A stretch of 64,000 nucleotides of DNA. It comes from Octopus sinensis (taxonomy: Eukaryota). The stretch is from the NCBI RefSeq assembly GCF_006345805.1, contig NC_043001.1, positions 66,588,001 through 66,652,000 on the forward strand, read 5' to 3'. Of the stretch, positions 49,280-61,513 are shown one piece after another (within the stretch, counting starts at the first letter, position 1; the number at the start of each line of letters is the position of its first letter). The translations under genes were made by a program, and so were the position numbers. The notes under the pieces were generated by a model. It had not been told where the DNA came from. It saw only the letters and a list, made by a program, of their open reading frames with translations, and searched no databases.

Positions 49280-52200
49280 CGCCTATTTAAATTCTGCTGT
49301 AATAATATAAGAAAAAGATTTTAATTTTGATTAGTTTTAAAATAATCCAGAACTTGGAAGACCTTAGTTAAATAACTTTCTCTTTATTAAGGTGGTATGT
49401 AGAACATAACAAGGGTGTTGTGCATGAAATTATAAAGGAGGGTTTAATTTAAACATAAATATTTTTAAAAATAAGAGGTTTTGTATCATTCCCGAAGGTT
49501 TTGAGTGGGTTGGTGGGAAGAAAGTTGGAAGTTTTTGTCACTCATTATCTGAGGTAATTTCATTAAGATAAGGTAGAAAAGGAAACAAGCAATTCCATTT
49601 ATCTTTGCCTGTTAAACACAAAATTGATAAGAGAACATTCTGGAAGCAGTCTCTACCCTTTTCTGTTGTTTTAAGGGAATTCTGACTCAGAGTTTGAGAC
49701 CTAATCTTAAGAAGTAAGATGGGAGTTTGTGGTAGGGTGGTTAAGATGTCTGGTGACAATGAGAAACCGTTACATTAGAACTTTTGCTAGTAGGGGTGGA
49801 GGAGAAAGAGAGAGAGAAATAAGTACAATAGAGGAAGTTAGGTTGCTGGTAGCTTTTCTTACATGCTTCATGCAAGAAAGGAATATCTTAGTCCAAAAAT
49901 AGTCACTGCGGAATTTTGATGGATTCTTGTTACAATCAAAAGTAAGAACAACATGTGTAACATAGTTAAATGAAACTACTGTTTGTTGTAATGCGAACCA
50001 GCAATTCATTACTTGATTCACACTAATAGAAGCTATGGTAGAATAAAGGAAACCAAAACATTAACCACCCACCACTAAGTGTATAATAACAACAATAACA
50101 ACAATAATAATAGCAATAATGAGTCTGAAAGTAATATATAAATACCTCTTAGGTGAAAGGTTAATGCTTTCAAAACACGAGCAAGAATCTGGTTTGCCAT
50201 TTTTGGTACAAAGCCAGCTTATTAAAGTTATTTTCTTTCTCTTTCAATCAGCCCATTTCAGTGTAGGATTTGATAAAGAATCCTATCAGTGGCGGAAAAT
50301 CAGTTAACGTTGTTTGTTAGCTTTTACAGCAATTATTCACATATAAGACAAACCACTTCAAAGGTTCACTTTAAAACATTCTCCTGCTATCTTTCCTTCT
50401 CAACTCTTCTCTCCTACTTTGTTTGTCTCCCTACCCCTCTTCTTTGTACATTGCTGAGTATTATTTCGCCTTTTACTTCAGTACATTATCATTGTCTCCA
50501 GTCAAAATTTTAAGTTTTACAAGTAAGTAGTGTCTCCTATTTCATATGTTTTTGAAGGCACAAAGCCAGCAGATTTGTTAACTAAGGAAATGACGACACC
50601 ATCACTTGTTGTAGCTGAGTGATTTTGGAGATACATGATTCAATTGTAAACACACACACACACACACCATCAACATGATTTTTATGTTCACTGTATGTCA
50701 TGTATTGGACTGCTCTGACAATTATCCAAGTCCACCATGAAAATAACCCTGCCATCTTCAGTTGGGCAGGAAGTGTATGTAGTTTTCCTCTTTTCATGGT
50801 GATAGTGCAAAAAGGTTGTGTGGTGGACAAGACTGTGAAAGGATTTATGAACAAGTAACAAAGTTAAAGGTTGAGGAGAGCCAACCCTCTTCAGCCTTTG
50901 CTTCTATTATTTTTTTTTACATGATTTTTAGGTAAACCCTTCCTGTGTTTTACCAAGTCCTTTGTATTGTTCTCATCTTTATGAATTATGGCTGATAAAA
51001 AAAATATATATATTTAAGAGAGGGAAGTGCTACCTATCAAATTTGTTGAAAGGCGATTGCAAATCTAAAGCATAATCTGAGGAAATAGGTCTTCTCTGAG
51101 TATGGGCCCAGAAATTTAAGGACAGCAGGAAGAAGGCACTTGCCTTAGTGGTCAGGCTGATTGTATTTTGTGAGGTTTCTTTGAGTAATCTTTCAAAGTC
51201 TCCTTTGTGTGTGGGAGGATGGGAGTGGTGGAATTATTCATTGTATGGAGTTTATTCCTTCTTTGTTCTCATTATTCTCCATTTTTATGAACTTTCATGT
51301 AATTCCACCTTGTATTATTCTGTATCACCCTCAAAATTTTTGTGAAGCTTTAGTTAATAAAGAAAACATTATTTTATTATTAGTAGTAGAAATAGCAGCA
51401 ACAACAGTCATATTATTTTATTTATAAGTTACATGAGAAACAGCTTGTCCAGTTTGTTTTTGGCAACTGTGTTAGTTAATAACTATGATTAACCCTAATT
51501 ACTAGACTTCCGAATGAACTTAAACTTATTCATGGGGTCCAGTATAATCAGTAAAACGGCATTCAAAAGTTTTATCAGCTCATTATGTTGTTTAGTGTTT
51601 CTGTATTACAACTGACTCACTTTGTACTCACAGAACTGTCTTTCTGAGCCTATTTCCTCCTACCTTTCAAATCAGACCACTTCTTGTGATTTGAGTATTT
51701 GCTTCCAAAGTAGAAAGCCAGTAATTTTAATATGTGAAGGTTTGTCATTTAAAGTAACCATAGTACTCAACTGGTACTCTATTTTATTGAGTTTAAAGGA
51801 ATAAAAATCAGAGGTGACTTCAGCAGGTATTTTACTCAGAATATAGAGATAGAATACTGCAAATCACTTTTTCTGATGCTCTAATGATTCTGCCAGTTTA
51901 CTATCATTATGATTTTAGTAATATTAATAGTAATTGTTTTGAAGAGGACATAAAGTCAACTAACTGAACAGAAGGAGTTCAGTTGATTAACTCAACCACA
52001 ATACTTGAGTGATCCTTAATTTTATCAGCTCTGAATTTTTAGGTGAAGGAGTTGAGTTGATTATACATTGACCCCAGTACTTGTTCTGTCTTTTGTGTTC
52101 CCCAAAAGGATAAAGAGCACAGTTGACCCCCAACTGGATTTTAATTCGGAATGCAAAGAGCTGGAACATCCCTGCAAGGCATTTTGTTCAAATAATGATA

Positions 52201-54869
52201 ATAATAATAGCCAATGTTGTGGAATGTTGTTTGTATATATCCAACCATAAGATGTTATGTATTCTAATTATTGATATTATTAATTAATATTGTTTTTTAC
52301 AGACTTAAACGAAGTATACAAGTCAACATCTAATTCCATCTTGTCAATAGTGAGAGAGAAAGAGAGAGAGAGTGTGTGTGTGTTTAAACCCAGGTTAAAT
52401 ATGATGTTATTGACCTATGATCAAACACATTTTGAATATAATCATTCCATCCCTTTTCTTGGCATTGTGTACCCAGAACCTCATCATCCAGGTTTCCTTT
52501 CTAAAGATGGTAGTATGTAATTTGAGGGAGATTTGGCTGCTCTTTCTAACAGATAGAGCAACCAAATAGAGGCTGTCCACATTATCTTGATGTGTGTGTG
52601 CATGTGTCTTATCAATGTGTAGCAAACTTAGAAATGTGCTTATAACTTTAAGTACCAAAGTACCAATATGAATTATTTAAGAATGAAATAAACATTAGCA
52701 TAATTGTCTTGAAACCACGAGGCTGTTCAATTGTTCTATGCTGGTTATTGAATCAATATAACTAAAAATATCAATAAATTTTGATCTGGTCAGGTCAGTT
52801 CCTTATTGACCAAATTTGATAACAAATGAATGCAAAAGTATTTATTTTAATTTTCAATGTAAATTGTGTTAGTTTCTCTATTCAACATGATAAACACATC
52901 AGAATACGAAAGCTCTCAACAAGTAAGAGGGGAAATTATCTGTTAAGCATAAGGTCTTAAGTTTGTTATCTTGAGATAACTGTACTACTTTATGCTTTAA
53001 CATCTTCATATCTTTCTCACTTGATAGCAGAGTTTCAGTATTTTGCCAAATTGCTGCTGTCTTTGAAGAAAGATAATCTACTATAGAGGGGGCTAAATTT
53101 TGCCAATTCCATTCACAAAGTATTTAATTACTCTATAAGTTTCCTAAATTCTTATGCTAGATGAAATTCTTTATCATGTCCCTTTCATTTACCTTCAAAT
53201 AGCTTGTTCTGTTAACGCATGTCATGAATAAATAAATAAAAAAATAAAATAAAAAATAGAAGTAGTAAACATTAAGGATTTATGTGTAAAATGTTTGATT
53301 ATGAAGTTTAGCTCCTGGTTTTGTATCATCATTGACAACATGGTCTTTTGGCAATCAATAAATTTATGGTTTTAGCCCTGACAGAAAACCTGCTTCAATT
53401 TTCTATCTCATGTTGATATTTACAATATCAAATGTAACTTTGTTTCAATTTCTATATTTTGTTGCCAATGAATAATTCCTGAAATTTTAACTTTGACTTT
53501 GTGTGAAATAATATATATAGCTAAATGTTCTTTTAAAAGCAAATACCCAATCTGTAGTAGCATAACTAATATTGCTTGAAGTTTGCTGTTTTTCTAGTAA
53601 ATATTAAATCTTGATGTTAAGGTAAAGGGAAGTTGTGATACTCTGTTTGTACTTAATGTATTGGTAATACCAACTGAATTGTCTCTGGAGCCCATCTACC
53701 CATCTCTCTATTGCTCTGATGATTACTTATAATGCCACTGGAGTTTCTTCCTATTTTCTAATCCAATCATGGAAGGTTTGAAACCCAGTATTTCATATTA
53801 TCACTACTTACAGTAGTGCCCATATACAGAGAAACTTAGTGAGGATTGTCTTTACTAAAGCCACAGTGAAGTGCCAGAAATAGATGAACTTGAATCTTTA
53901 ATAAGAAAGTCTATTCCTAAATGATTCATCCCTTTGCAACTGAACTGTTAATGCTATAAGAATATTTTGATTGCATGTGTTGTTTCAATTTAGTTTAAAA
54001 TAATAAAGAATTTGAAGAGATTTCCCAAACTAACTTCACCATTTATTAGTTATATTAAACTTGTGTTAAACTAGTTGCTAGCTGAAATACCTGGCATTAT
54101 TCAAGTGGAAGACTCATTAATGATAACTTCAGAAAGCAATTTATTAAACTTTTGGAAAAACACCCCGCAAAGTTTTGGAGTCATTTTATTTATCTTAATA
54201 TATAAAAGAGAGTGTGCGTGTGCGTGCATATATTCCTTACAGATTTGAAAACTGAGTTGCCAATTTTGACGAATGAGTTATCAAAAGATTCAGTAATCTT
54301 TTCAGCTACCAAATAAACTTCATTTTCATTTACATATTTGCATTACAAAAATTTAAGATTATAATTTTTCTCTAAGTCAATTATCGTAAACGACATTTAT
54401 ACCACGATGACAACGTCACGTTTTCTATATGAGTGTCTGTCAGTGTGTCAGTATACATACACTTTTGTGACGACTGACACACACACACACATCTAAAGAC
54501 ACAGATAGACACATAGAGGGAGACAGATAGGCATGAGGTATGTGTGAATGTATGTCTGTGTGTATCTGTCTTAGTATATGTATATGACTGTACCGCCCAA
54601 CAGTGAAACGCGCCGATTTTGAAAGAGTTTCGTTTAGTTGTGGCCTGGACATTGAACAAACTTTGAAGTACCACTGTTTGGATTTTACTTTTCATCACGG
54701 AGAGTTGTGGTTTAAACAGCATTAACAATTATCACTACTTATGTGCTGAAATATAATTTTGGTTTTTATAACCAACATGAAGATTTGGCTGATTTGACAG
54801 CACTCACAACACTCACAAATATATCTGGAAAAAAAAATGTTTTTCTAATTATTATAACAAATTCAGAAA

Positions 54870-54996
54870 CTTGGTGAAGTAGAAAGTTTCATCTGAATCC
54901 ATCCAGTGGTTCTTGAGTTATCTTGTCCATGGACAAACAAACAAACATACATGACTGAAAACAACACCTCTGCCTTCGCTAAGGCTGAGGTAATTA
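54870..54996 (+). mobile_element. Helentron-associated (HINE/DINE-1-like) fragment
   Basis: aagtttcatctgaatccatccagtggttcttgag...(acaa)n...then terminal hairpin acctc-t-gcctt-cgct-aaggc-t-gaggt (54966-54991). Confidence 0.5.
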
Positions 54997-55151
54997 TCAC
55001 CAATGAAAATAGAGGTGAGAGATAGTGAGAGACTGTTGCAAATATAAACATAAAATTTTGTCTAATGAATTAATATTGTTTATTAAAAATTAAAACCTAC
55101 TTCATAGTGAATGCAATGAATATTTAAATTTGTGAAAAACTTGTAGTTCAA

Positions 55152-55206
<55 letters not shown>

Positions 55207-56023
55207 ACACAGGATGTGTATCTGTGTGTTATGTTGTTAAAACCCGAGATCCACCCAATTGATTTGAATGGAATTTTACATGTGCATTACATAGGGTCCA
55301 TGGAGTGTCATGGGTAAAAAAAATGTTCAACTTCTTGCCTAATGTGGGCCCAGGAACAGATAAACTGCATTTTAAAAGTATTTTTGTGGCGTTAAGGTCT
55401 GTAACTTGAAGAGCATCTAGTTGCTTTCCTCTAAATTTGCAACAAGCATTAATCAGGCTCCTCGAATTGTTGTTGACTACAAAAAATTTCTGATGCTGAC
55501 TATGGGTCCCCCCAAAATGCAGATTAATCAGATTTGAGTATACTGCACTGGGTTTTATCTTTGTTTTAGACCATTTTCTGCTGATAAAATATTGACACTA
55601 CGTACACATTATAAGTAGCGTATAATATTTCATGGAAACCTTTTTGTCCAATTTGGCAGAGGAAATGAAAAGAACATGAAGATTTTTGTTGGTGCCCTGT
55701 TGATGTTCCATGTTATCATCTCGCATGTGTGTGTGGCTGGGTAAAGACACAACAAACCCATTCATCCATTCTCCAGAAGTTCCCTGTTGATGTTTCACAT
55801 TTCCAATCCTGTGCAACGCAGCATGGCCCAGCAGTATGTCTGCTTTCTATGTCATCCATGTCTGAACTATATAATGCAAAATGTTCAAACAAAAAAAACA
55901 AACTGCTGTTAGAACTCACAGCCATTTGAGTTTGACCGCGTGACCACTTCTGGAAGCTATACTTGCCACTTGCAATTAGTCCTCCCCCGTGTTCCTTCCC
56001 CTGTTTAGTTGGATGAGTAAATA

Positions 56024-56690
56024 CAGGGTGTCCCAGAATTAATGATGATTTGAGTGAAATCAGATGCATGTTTTTTAAAACTTGCTTTTATTTATGTTTA
56101 TCACGTTTAATATGTGTTAAAAGTGTATAAATTTTGAATTTTGTTTATAATTTTATTTTTATTCCTCTTGGACTCCTCTTTATAATATAGATAATATAAA
56201 TAGAAGCATCAAGTGAATAATGAGTTTCATTTATGAACTTGATATCGTTGTCGTAATACTCCAAATCAGTGTCTCATTTGCTATGTTCTCCTATGAGTCA
56301 AGTTTGTCATGTTTGATAACTTGAAAGTCCAGAGTTGAAGTACATTTTAAAGCATACAGAAAGCCTCTAACATAAGAATTTCTTCCATGAAGCATCTATT
56401 GACATTTTAAAATAAGTTCTAACATTGTGCTTGGTCCGTTTTTCTTGTGATAGTTTGCTTCCATTTTGAACATCACTATATAGAATAGATCTTTAAAATT
56501 GTGAATCTTTTCTCTGTAATGGCTTTTTGCTCAAAAATGGTGTCATTCGTTTGTGTGTGTGTGCAATTTTAGTGGTACAAACAGGAAAATTGAAATGAGA
56601 ATATGAGTTTGTATATTATGCTTTTTATTACTCCGCAGAAATTATAGTGACTTGTACTAATGCACAAAACTCAGTTCTTGAGTCACTCTG
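56024..56690 (-). mobile_element. Internally deleted Tc1/mariner-like element
   Basis: TA|cagggtgtcccagaa ... ttcttgagtcactctg|TA (degenerate TIR, TA TSD); minus-strand KLSQEKRTKHNVRTYFKMSIDASWKKF resembles a mariner N-terminal HTH. Confidence 0.5.
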
Positions 56691-58107
56691 TAGCTTTTAC
56701 TGATTAATACACACATATAAACTGTTATACATACTTGTATGTATACATGCACAAATAATATGCATACATGCATAAATGCACACACACATCTATCCCTTTA
56801 CACATGCACACACACAATCATACACAGATTGCCTGCCACTGTCTTAGCTTAGTTTAGTGGTTGCATGTCTGTGTGTGGGTATGTGTGAGTGTTGAGTGAC
56901 AGATAAAGAGTGGGAGAGAGAAGTGCTGTTGAAAAATATAGACAGTATATAAATTTTGTGTGCGCATGTGTCATGGTCAGTCGAACTCCTCTCTCTGAAT
57001 GACATTTGTTGTAAAGTTACCAACCCTCTACTTAGCTAACCACCTTACACTAATCATTCTTACCCTTCCTTTTAATATTTACTAACCCTTTACCACTTCA
57101 CTTCGTTACATCCACCTCAAACTTATCCTTCTCTCCTTTCTTCTCACTTTTGAAACATAGCCCACTGGCCCATCACATCTGGAATATAACTAAAGATTTT
57201 TACATGGAAGATTTTAATTTAGATAGAAACCCTTTAATTGAATAATTTTGTATCAAAGAACCAGAGGTAGTATCAAGTGATCTGATATTAACACAGTTAA
57301 TTTAAATATTAGAAATTAGATACTACAGTCACCTTATGATAGGATTGAGAAAAAGATACTCTTAATTTTATTTTTAAATATCTATTCTGCATTTCTTAAA
57401 AAAAATTCAAGTTCTTATTTAATTATCCTATTTCAAAAATTAACTGCTAGTGCTATTTATTTATTCAAATTTTGTTTCACAGGTAGCAGTAATATTTAAT
57501 GTAGCAGTAATATTTAAATTAATAAAACTACTGCCATGCATATGTTAAGAGTTGAGCGATGTTATTCAACAGTAGCAAGTATTTATGTAAAATCTCATTT
57601 TGTCTCCTGACATTCTGACTTTGGCTATTAAAAGCCATACCACTTTTAACTAAAGTGTTTCTTGTGACATGGGGAGTGGTGAAATTAATCTAGCAATAAC
57701 TAACCCCACCAACTTACCATCATCACACGAAACCTAGTTTCCTACATTGTGAGTCAGGATTCTCTCAGAGTGGAAGATTATCTTCTTGTTTATGTAGTTA
57801 GTCAGAAGAGAGGATGGTATTGTAGACATCTCCCAATATATTACTAATGTAGCAGCATCATGGTTGTATAATGTCACAACTGTTGACATTATACTGAAAT
57901 TGTTGAAGCTTAGTAATAAGGAAGAAAAAGTGAAGGAACTAAATAAACTACTTTTATTAGTATTATTACATAAAAAGGGGTCATAGATCGGAAGAATTTG
58001 CAGAGTGATATTTAGTTTGTTTCATTCTGACTTTAAATTCTGTCAAATTCAACTTTACCTTTCAACTGCTTGTTTAGCTGTGATGATGTTTAGCTGGACA
58101 AATAGTA

Positions 58108-58155
<48 letters not shown>

Positions 58156-58175
58156 TTGAGTCAACAAAAGTACGG

Positions 58176-58420
58176 TTGGACATTTATTTTCAACCACTAC
58201 AATTGCTTCCACGCAACTTAGTTCTCCAGGTGTGCAGGTACTTGATTATGCAATCACCTCCCTACATTGAGATTTTGTGATGTGTAAATATTTACATATT
58301 GCCTGAGGAATCACAACTAGATCTCATAATGCAGGGAAGCAGTTGCATAATCAAGTACCTGCATGCCTGGAGAACTACATTGCACAGAAACAATTGTAGT
58401 GATTGAAAATAAATGGCCAA
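58176..58420. repeat. Foldback element: ~105-bp inverted arms around a ~30-bp loop
   Basis: 58176-58279 versus reverse complement of 58312-58420, about 80-85% identical by eye; the ORF track shows the same peptide on both strands (YFQPLQL...VLQVCRYLIMQ and YFQSLQL...VLQACRYLIMQ). Confidence 0.88.
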
Positions 58421-58630
58421 ATATGACAGAAGCCCAAACACAAACCTGGAAGTATGTATAATCCTTCTACTGGATAGCACAAGGTGAGATCTGAAGGTGG
58501 ACAAGCTTTATACAGTACTCTACTATGTTCTTAACAGAATATACCATAACTATATATATATATATGCTTTACTATATTAACAATTCATATATGGATTAGC
58601 CATATAGTCCAATATTATTTTACATATTTT

Positions 58631-58759
58631 ACATCCAGCCGTAGAAACACTGCCAGATCAGACTGGGCTTGAAGCAGCCTTCTGGCTTCACAGACCCCAT
58701 TTGGACCGTCCAACCCATGCTAGCATGGAAAGCGGACGTTAAATGATGATGATGATGAT
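58631..58759 (+). mobile_element. Short RTE 3' tail
   Basis: catccagccgtagaaac...ccatgctagcatggaaagcggacgttaaatgatgatgatgat. Confidence 0.9.
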
Positions 58760-59022
58760 AGATATAAAAGTAACATTAATATTTGGCCTTATTGTCTATC
58801 ATAACTTGCCATAAAATGTATTTTAAAGAATATTTCAATTTTTATTCTCAAGGTAAAATAGTTTTAGTTCTTCATATATTAAAATATCAACAGCAATAAT
58901 CCAAATTATTTGTAGCTTTATTGCAAATAATTATGAGTTTCAGACCCTGCAACAGCCACTCACTCTCATGAGCCTCAGTTAATTCTTCAGTGAGGAGTTA
59001 GTGTCTTAGATCCTTAAATGTC

Positions 59023-59248
59023 TCAACTCTTTAGCATTCTAACTGTCCATTTCTGGCCAAAATGCTTAAACCGTTTTATGTTGAAATTGGCCAGATACAG
59101 CCTCTCTCACCAACCCTACAATGCCATTCTTAAACTAAACCATATCATCATTGAAATCTCACTAATCTGCAACATAACACATAATTGATTCAAAACAATG
59201 AAAATAAATATTACATTTGACTGAGTAATCTGAATGCTAAAGTGTTAA
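59023..59248. mobile_element. piggyBac-like MITE
   Basis: tcaa-ctctttagcattc ... gaatgctaaagtg-ttaa inverted termini. Confidence 0.55.
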
Positions 59249-59287
59249 GTATGATGAGTTGGAAAATGCAATGGATCTTTTCCTCAG

Positions 59288-59336
59288 TCTGTTTATCCCC
59301 GAAATCAAAAAGTATGACTGCAGTGTCCCTTATGAG
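59288..59336 (+). other. Candidate 49-nt host exon
   Basis: gatcttttcctcAG|...tatgag|GTAAGT; open frame LFIPEIKKYDCSVPYE. Confidence 0.3.
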
Positions 59337-59614
59337 GTAAGTCAGTCAGACCTCTTCCATTATCCTCAGACAATCTGACTGACTCCAGAATTTAGAAGAT
59401 AATTATTCTAGTAAGAGCACCCTTATAAAAATTCAATTTCAGTGTCACAAGAAACCTTCCAGTATCTTATCAGGAGAGATGCAAGTCAGGCAAGCACTCT
59501 GCAGGCATGCGTGGACACACAGAGATACACACACACACATTCACTCACTCTCTCTCATACACAATCACTCACTCATTCTTTCTCTCACACAATCACTCAC
59601 TCACTCTCTCACAC

Positions 59615-59647
<33 letters not shown>

Positions 59648-60627
59648 ACTTGCCATGTCTATACTTTACTCCTCAGCTTACAATGATGCTAACTCTAAAT
59701 ATGACACAGATATGTACTCATCCAAGCCAAACAAGCCATTGGTGTTCACCAATGGCAATGCATCAATCCAATTTCCAGAAAATTTTACTTTTATTGGGAG
59801 TGAACAACATTTTGCATATTGACCAGATTAATTAAAAAGAAAATCAAAATTATGTTTCTAGTATTTCAGATCCTCTCTTGATTTATCTTGCTCTAAGGCT
59901 AACAAACCAACCCCACCATTGCACACTTGTAGAGTTTCATCTATGTACCCGTGAGTCTAAGTTACAGAGTAAATGATGTTGCTCATCAAAGAGGAGCAAG
60001 TGTGGATTTAGGAGATGGGAAAGAAGAGAGAAATGAAGAAGAGCATTTATGTAAAACTAGGGTTCCAAATTGCCTAGATTAATGCAGCTTAGTCAAGGGA
60101 TTCCTGTTTATCTAAATTATCTAACAAAAATAAGGAAAGATGTTTTTATATTCCTCTAAATCTTACTCAGATTTAAACTCTTATCTTTAGATTTGTCGCT
60201 GGCTTTTCTATAGGATTAAAACTATATTTTTTAAATCATAAATCTGTGTTCTTTCTCCACCTTTCTGTTCTTGATATCTAAGCTTTCTCTTTGATAAGAA
60301 AATATTAATAATATAAGTAGTAGTTATACTTCAGATTAATTTTTTTTTCAGAAATTACTTTACATTTGGGTGTGAGCATTCCTGAATATTTCTTTGATAT
60401 ATACATGATGATGGGTTTGTTTAATGGGAGTGACCTGAGGCTAAAATATATGTACCTACACAATCACTTCATTATCTTCACCATTGATAACTAAAGGACG
60501 TCCTTGTCAGCCTCAACCTAATCACCAGCTAGAAATAGCAAACAAAACTCCCTCATATCATACCAACTTAAAAGTAGGAAGAATTCATTGAATAATGTGT
60601 GTCGTGTGTTTATGTGTGTGTATACAT

Positions 60628-60682
<55 letters not shown>

Positions 60683-60755
60683 TTTTAAAATGTAACCACA
60701 TGTGTATCGTTCATGATTTTCTTTCTCTCTCTTCCCTTCCTTTGGACTTTTCTCA

Positions 60756-60790
60756 ATTTCTGAAGAAGAGCAAGGCTCGAAACGTTAAAT
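60756..60790 (+). ncRNA. Minimal type I hammerhead-like motif
   Basis: ATTT-CTGAAGA-a-GAGC/aag/GCTC-GAAACGT-T-AAAT: helix I 4 bp, helix II 4 bp, palindromic helix III (ACGT). Confidence 0.6.
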
Positions 60791-60880
60791 CCTCTTTCCT
60801 TCCTTTCCTGAGCATCTGATAATACAGTACTTGTACCATGTCCTCGCGTTATTGTTTTTTCTTGTTTGTATATATCTATA

Positions 60881-60925
60881 TCATCATCATCATCATCATC
60901 ATCATCGTTTAGCGTCCGTTTTCCA
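60881..60925 (-). mobile_element. Extremely truncated RTE tail (~20 nt unique plus (GAT)n) in (TA)n
   Basis: (cat)n-cgtttagcgtccgttttcca, flanked by TA repeats. Confidence 0.8.
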
Positions 60926-60944
60926 ATATATATATATATATATA

Positions 60945-61260
60945 TAAGATGAATATGGTATGTAAGTTGAGGCACCAGAATTTAGTGCGGTATTATCCAT
61001 ACAATTTCAAAGTAAGGTGATTAAAATCAAAATAAGCAACAAGGATATCCAGAGGTAATGCAGTACGATCGTTTCATGCAGCTCCATTTAATAGAACAAA
61101 TCAATCATTACATCAATTTAAAATGCAGGGCAATCTTCAGTTGCACAAAGACATAAAATTTAATTAAATTAGAACAGATGGACGCATAAGTATAATTATG
61201 CCTAAAATCTCCAAGAAGTTAAGAGATAGACAAAGAACATGCTGTCTCACTCCAGCATAG
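60945..61260 (-). mobile_element. Probable Penelope-like pseudo-LTR carrying a hammerhead-like motif
   Basis: Contains the motif at 61058-61146; family assignment is inferred from that motif only. Confidence 0.45.
61058..61146 (-). ncRNA. Type I hammerhead-like motif with long helix II
   Basis: Minus strand GTGCAA-CTGAAGA-TTGCCCTGCATTTT...AAATGGAGCTGCAT-GAAACGATCGTA-CTGCAT; palindrome ACGATCGT, GUA site. Confidence 0.6.
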
Positions 61261-61280
61261 AAGTTACTATATATATATAT

Positions 61281-61466
61281 CATCATCATCATCATCATTT
61301 AGCGTCCGCTTTCCATGCTAGCATGGGTTGGACGGTTCAACTGGGGTCTGTGAAGCTGGAAGGCTTCGTCAGGCCCAGTCAGATCTGGCAGTGTTTCTAC
61401 GGCTGGATGCCCTTCCTAACGCCAACCACTCCGTGAGTGTAGTGGGTGCTTTTTACGTGCCACCTG

Positions 61467-61470
<4 letters not shown>
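61281..61470 (-). mobile_element. RTE 3' tail inserted within (TA)n
   Basis: (cat)6-ttagcgtccgctttccatgctagcatgg...ttttacgtgccacctgcaca, with pure (TA)n on both sides. Confidence 0.92.

Positions 61471-61513
<43 letters not shown>

Noticed and set aside
59720-59800. Cadherin-like look of NKPLVF...PENFTFIG
   Set aside because: Lacks the DxNDN and DxD calcium-binding motifs and terminates immediately.
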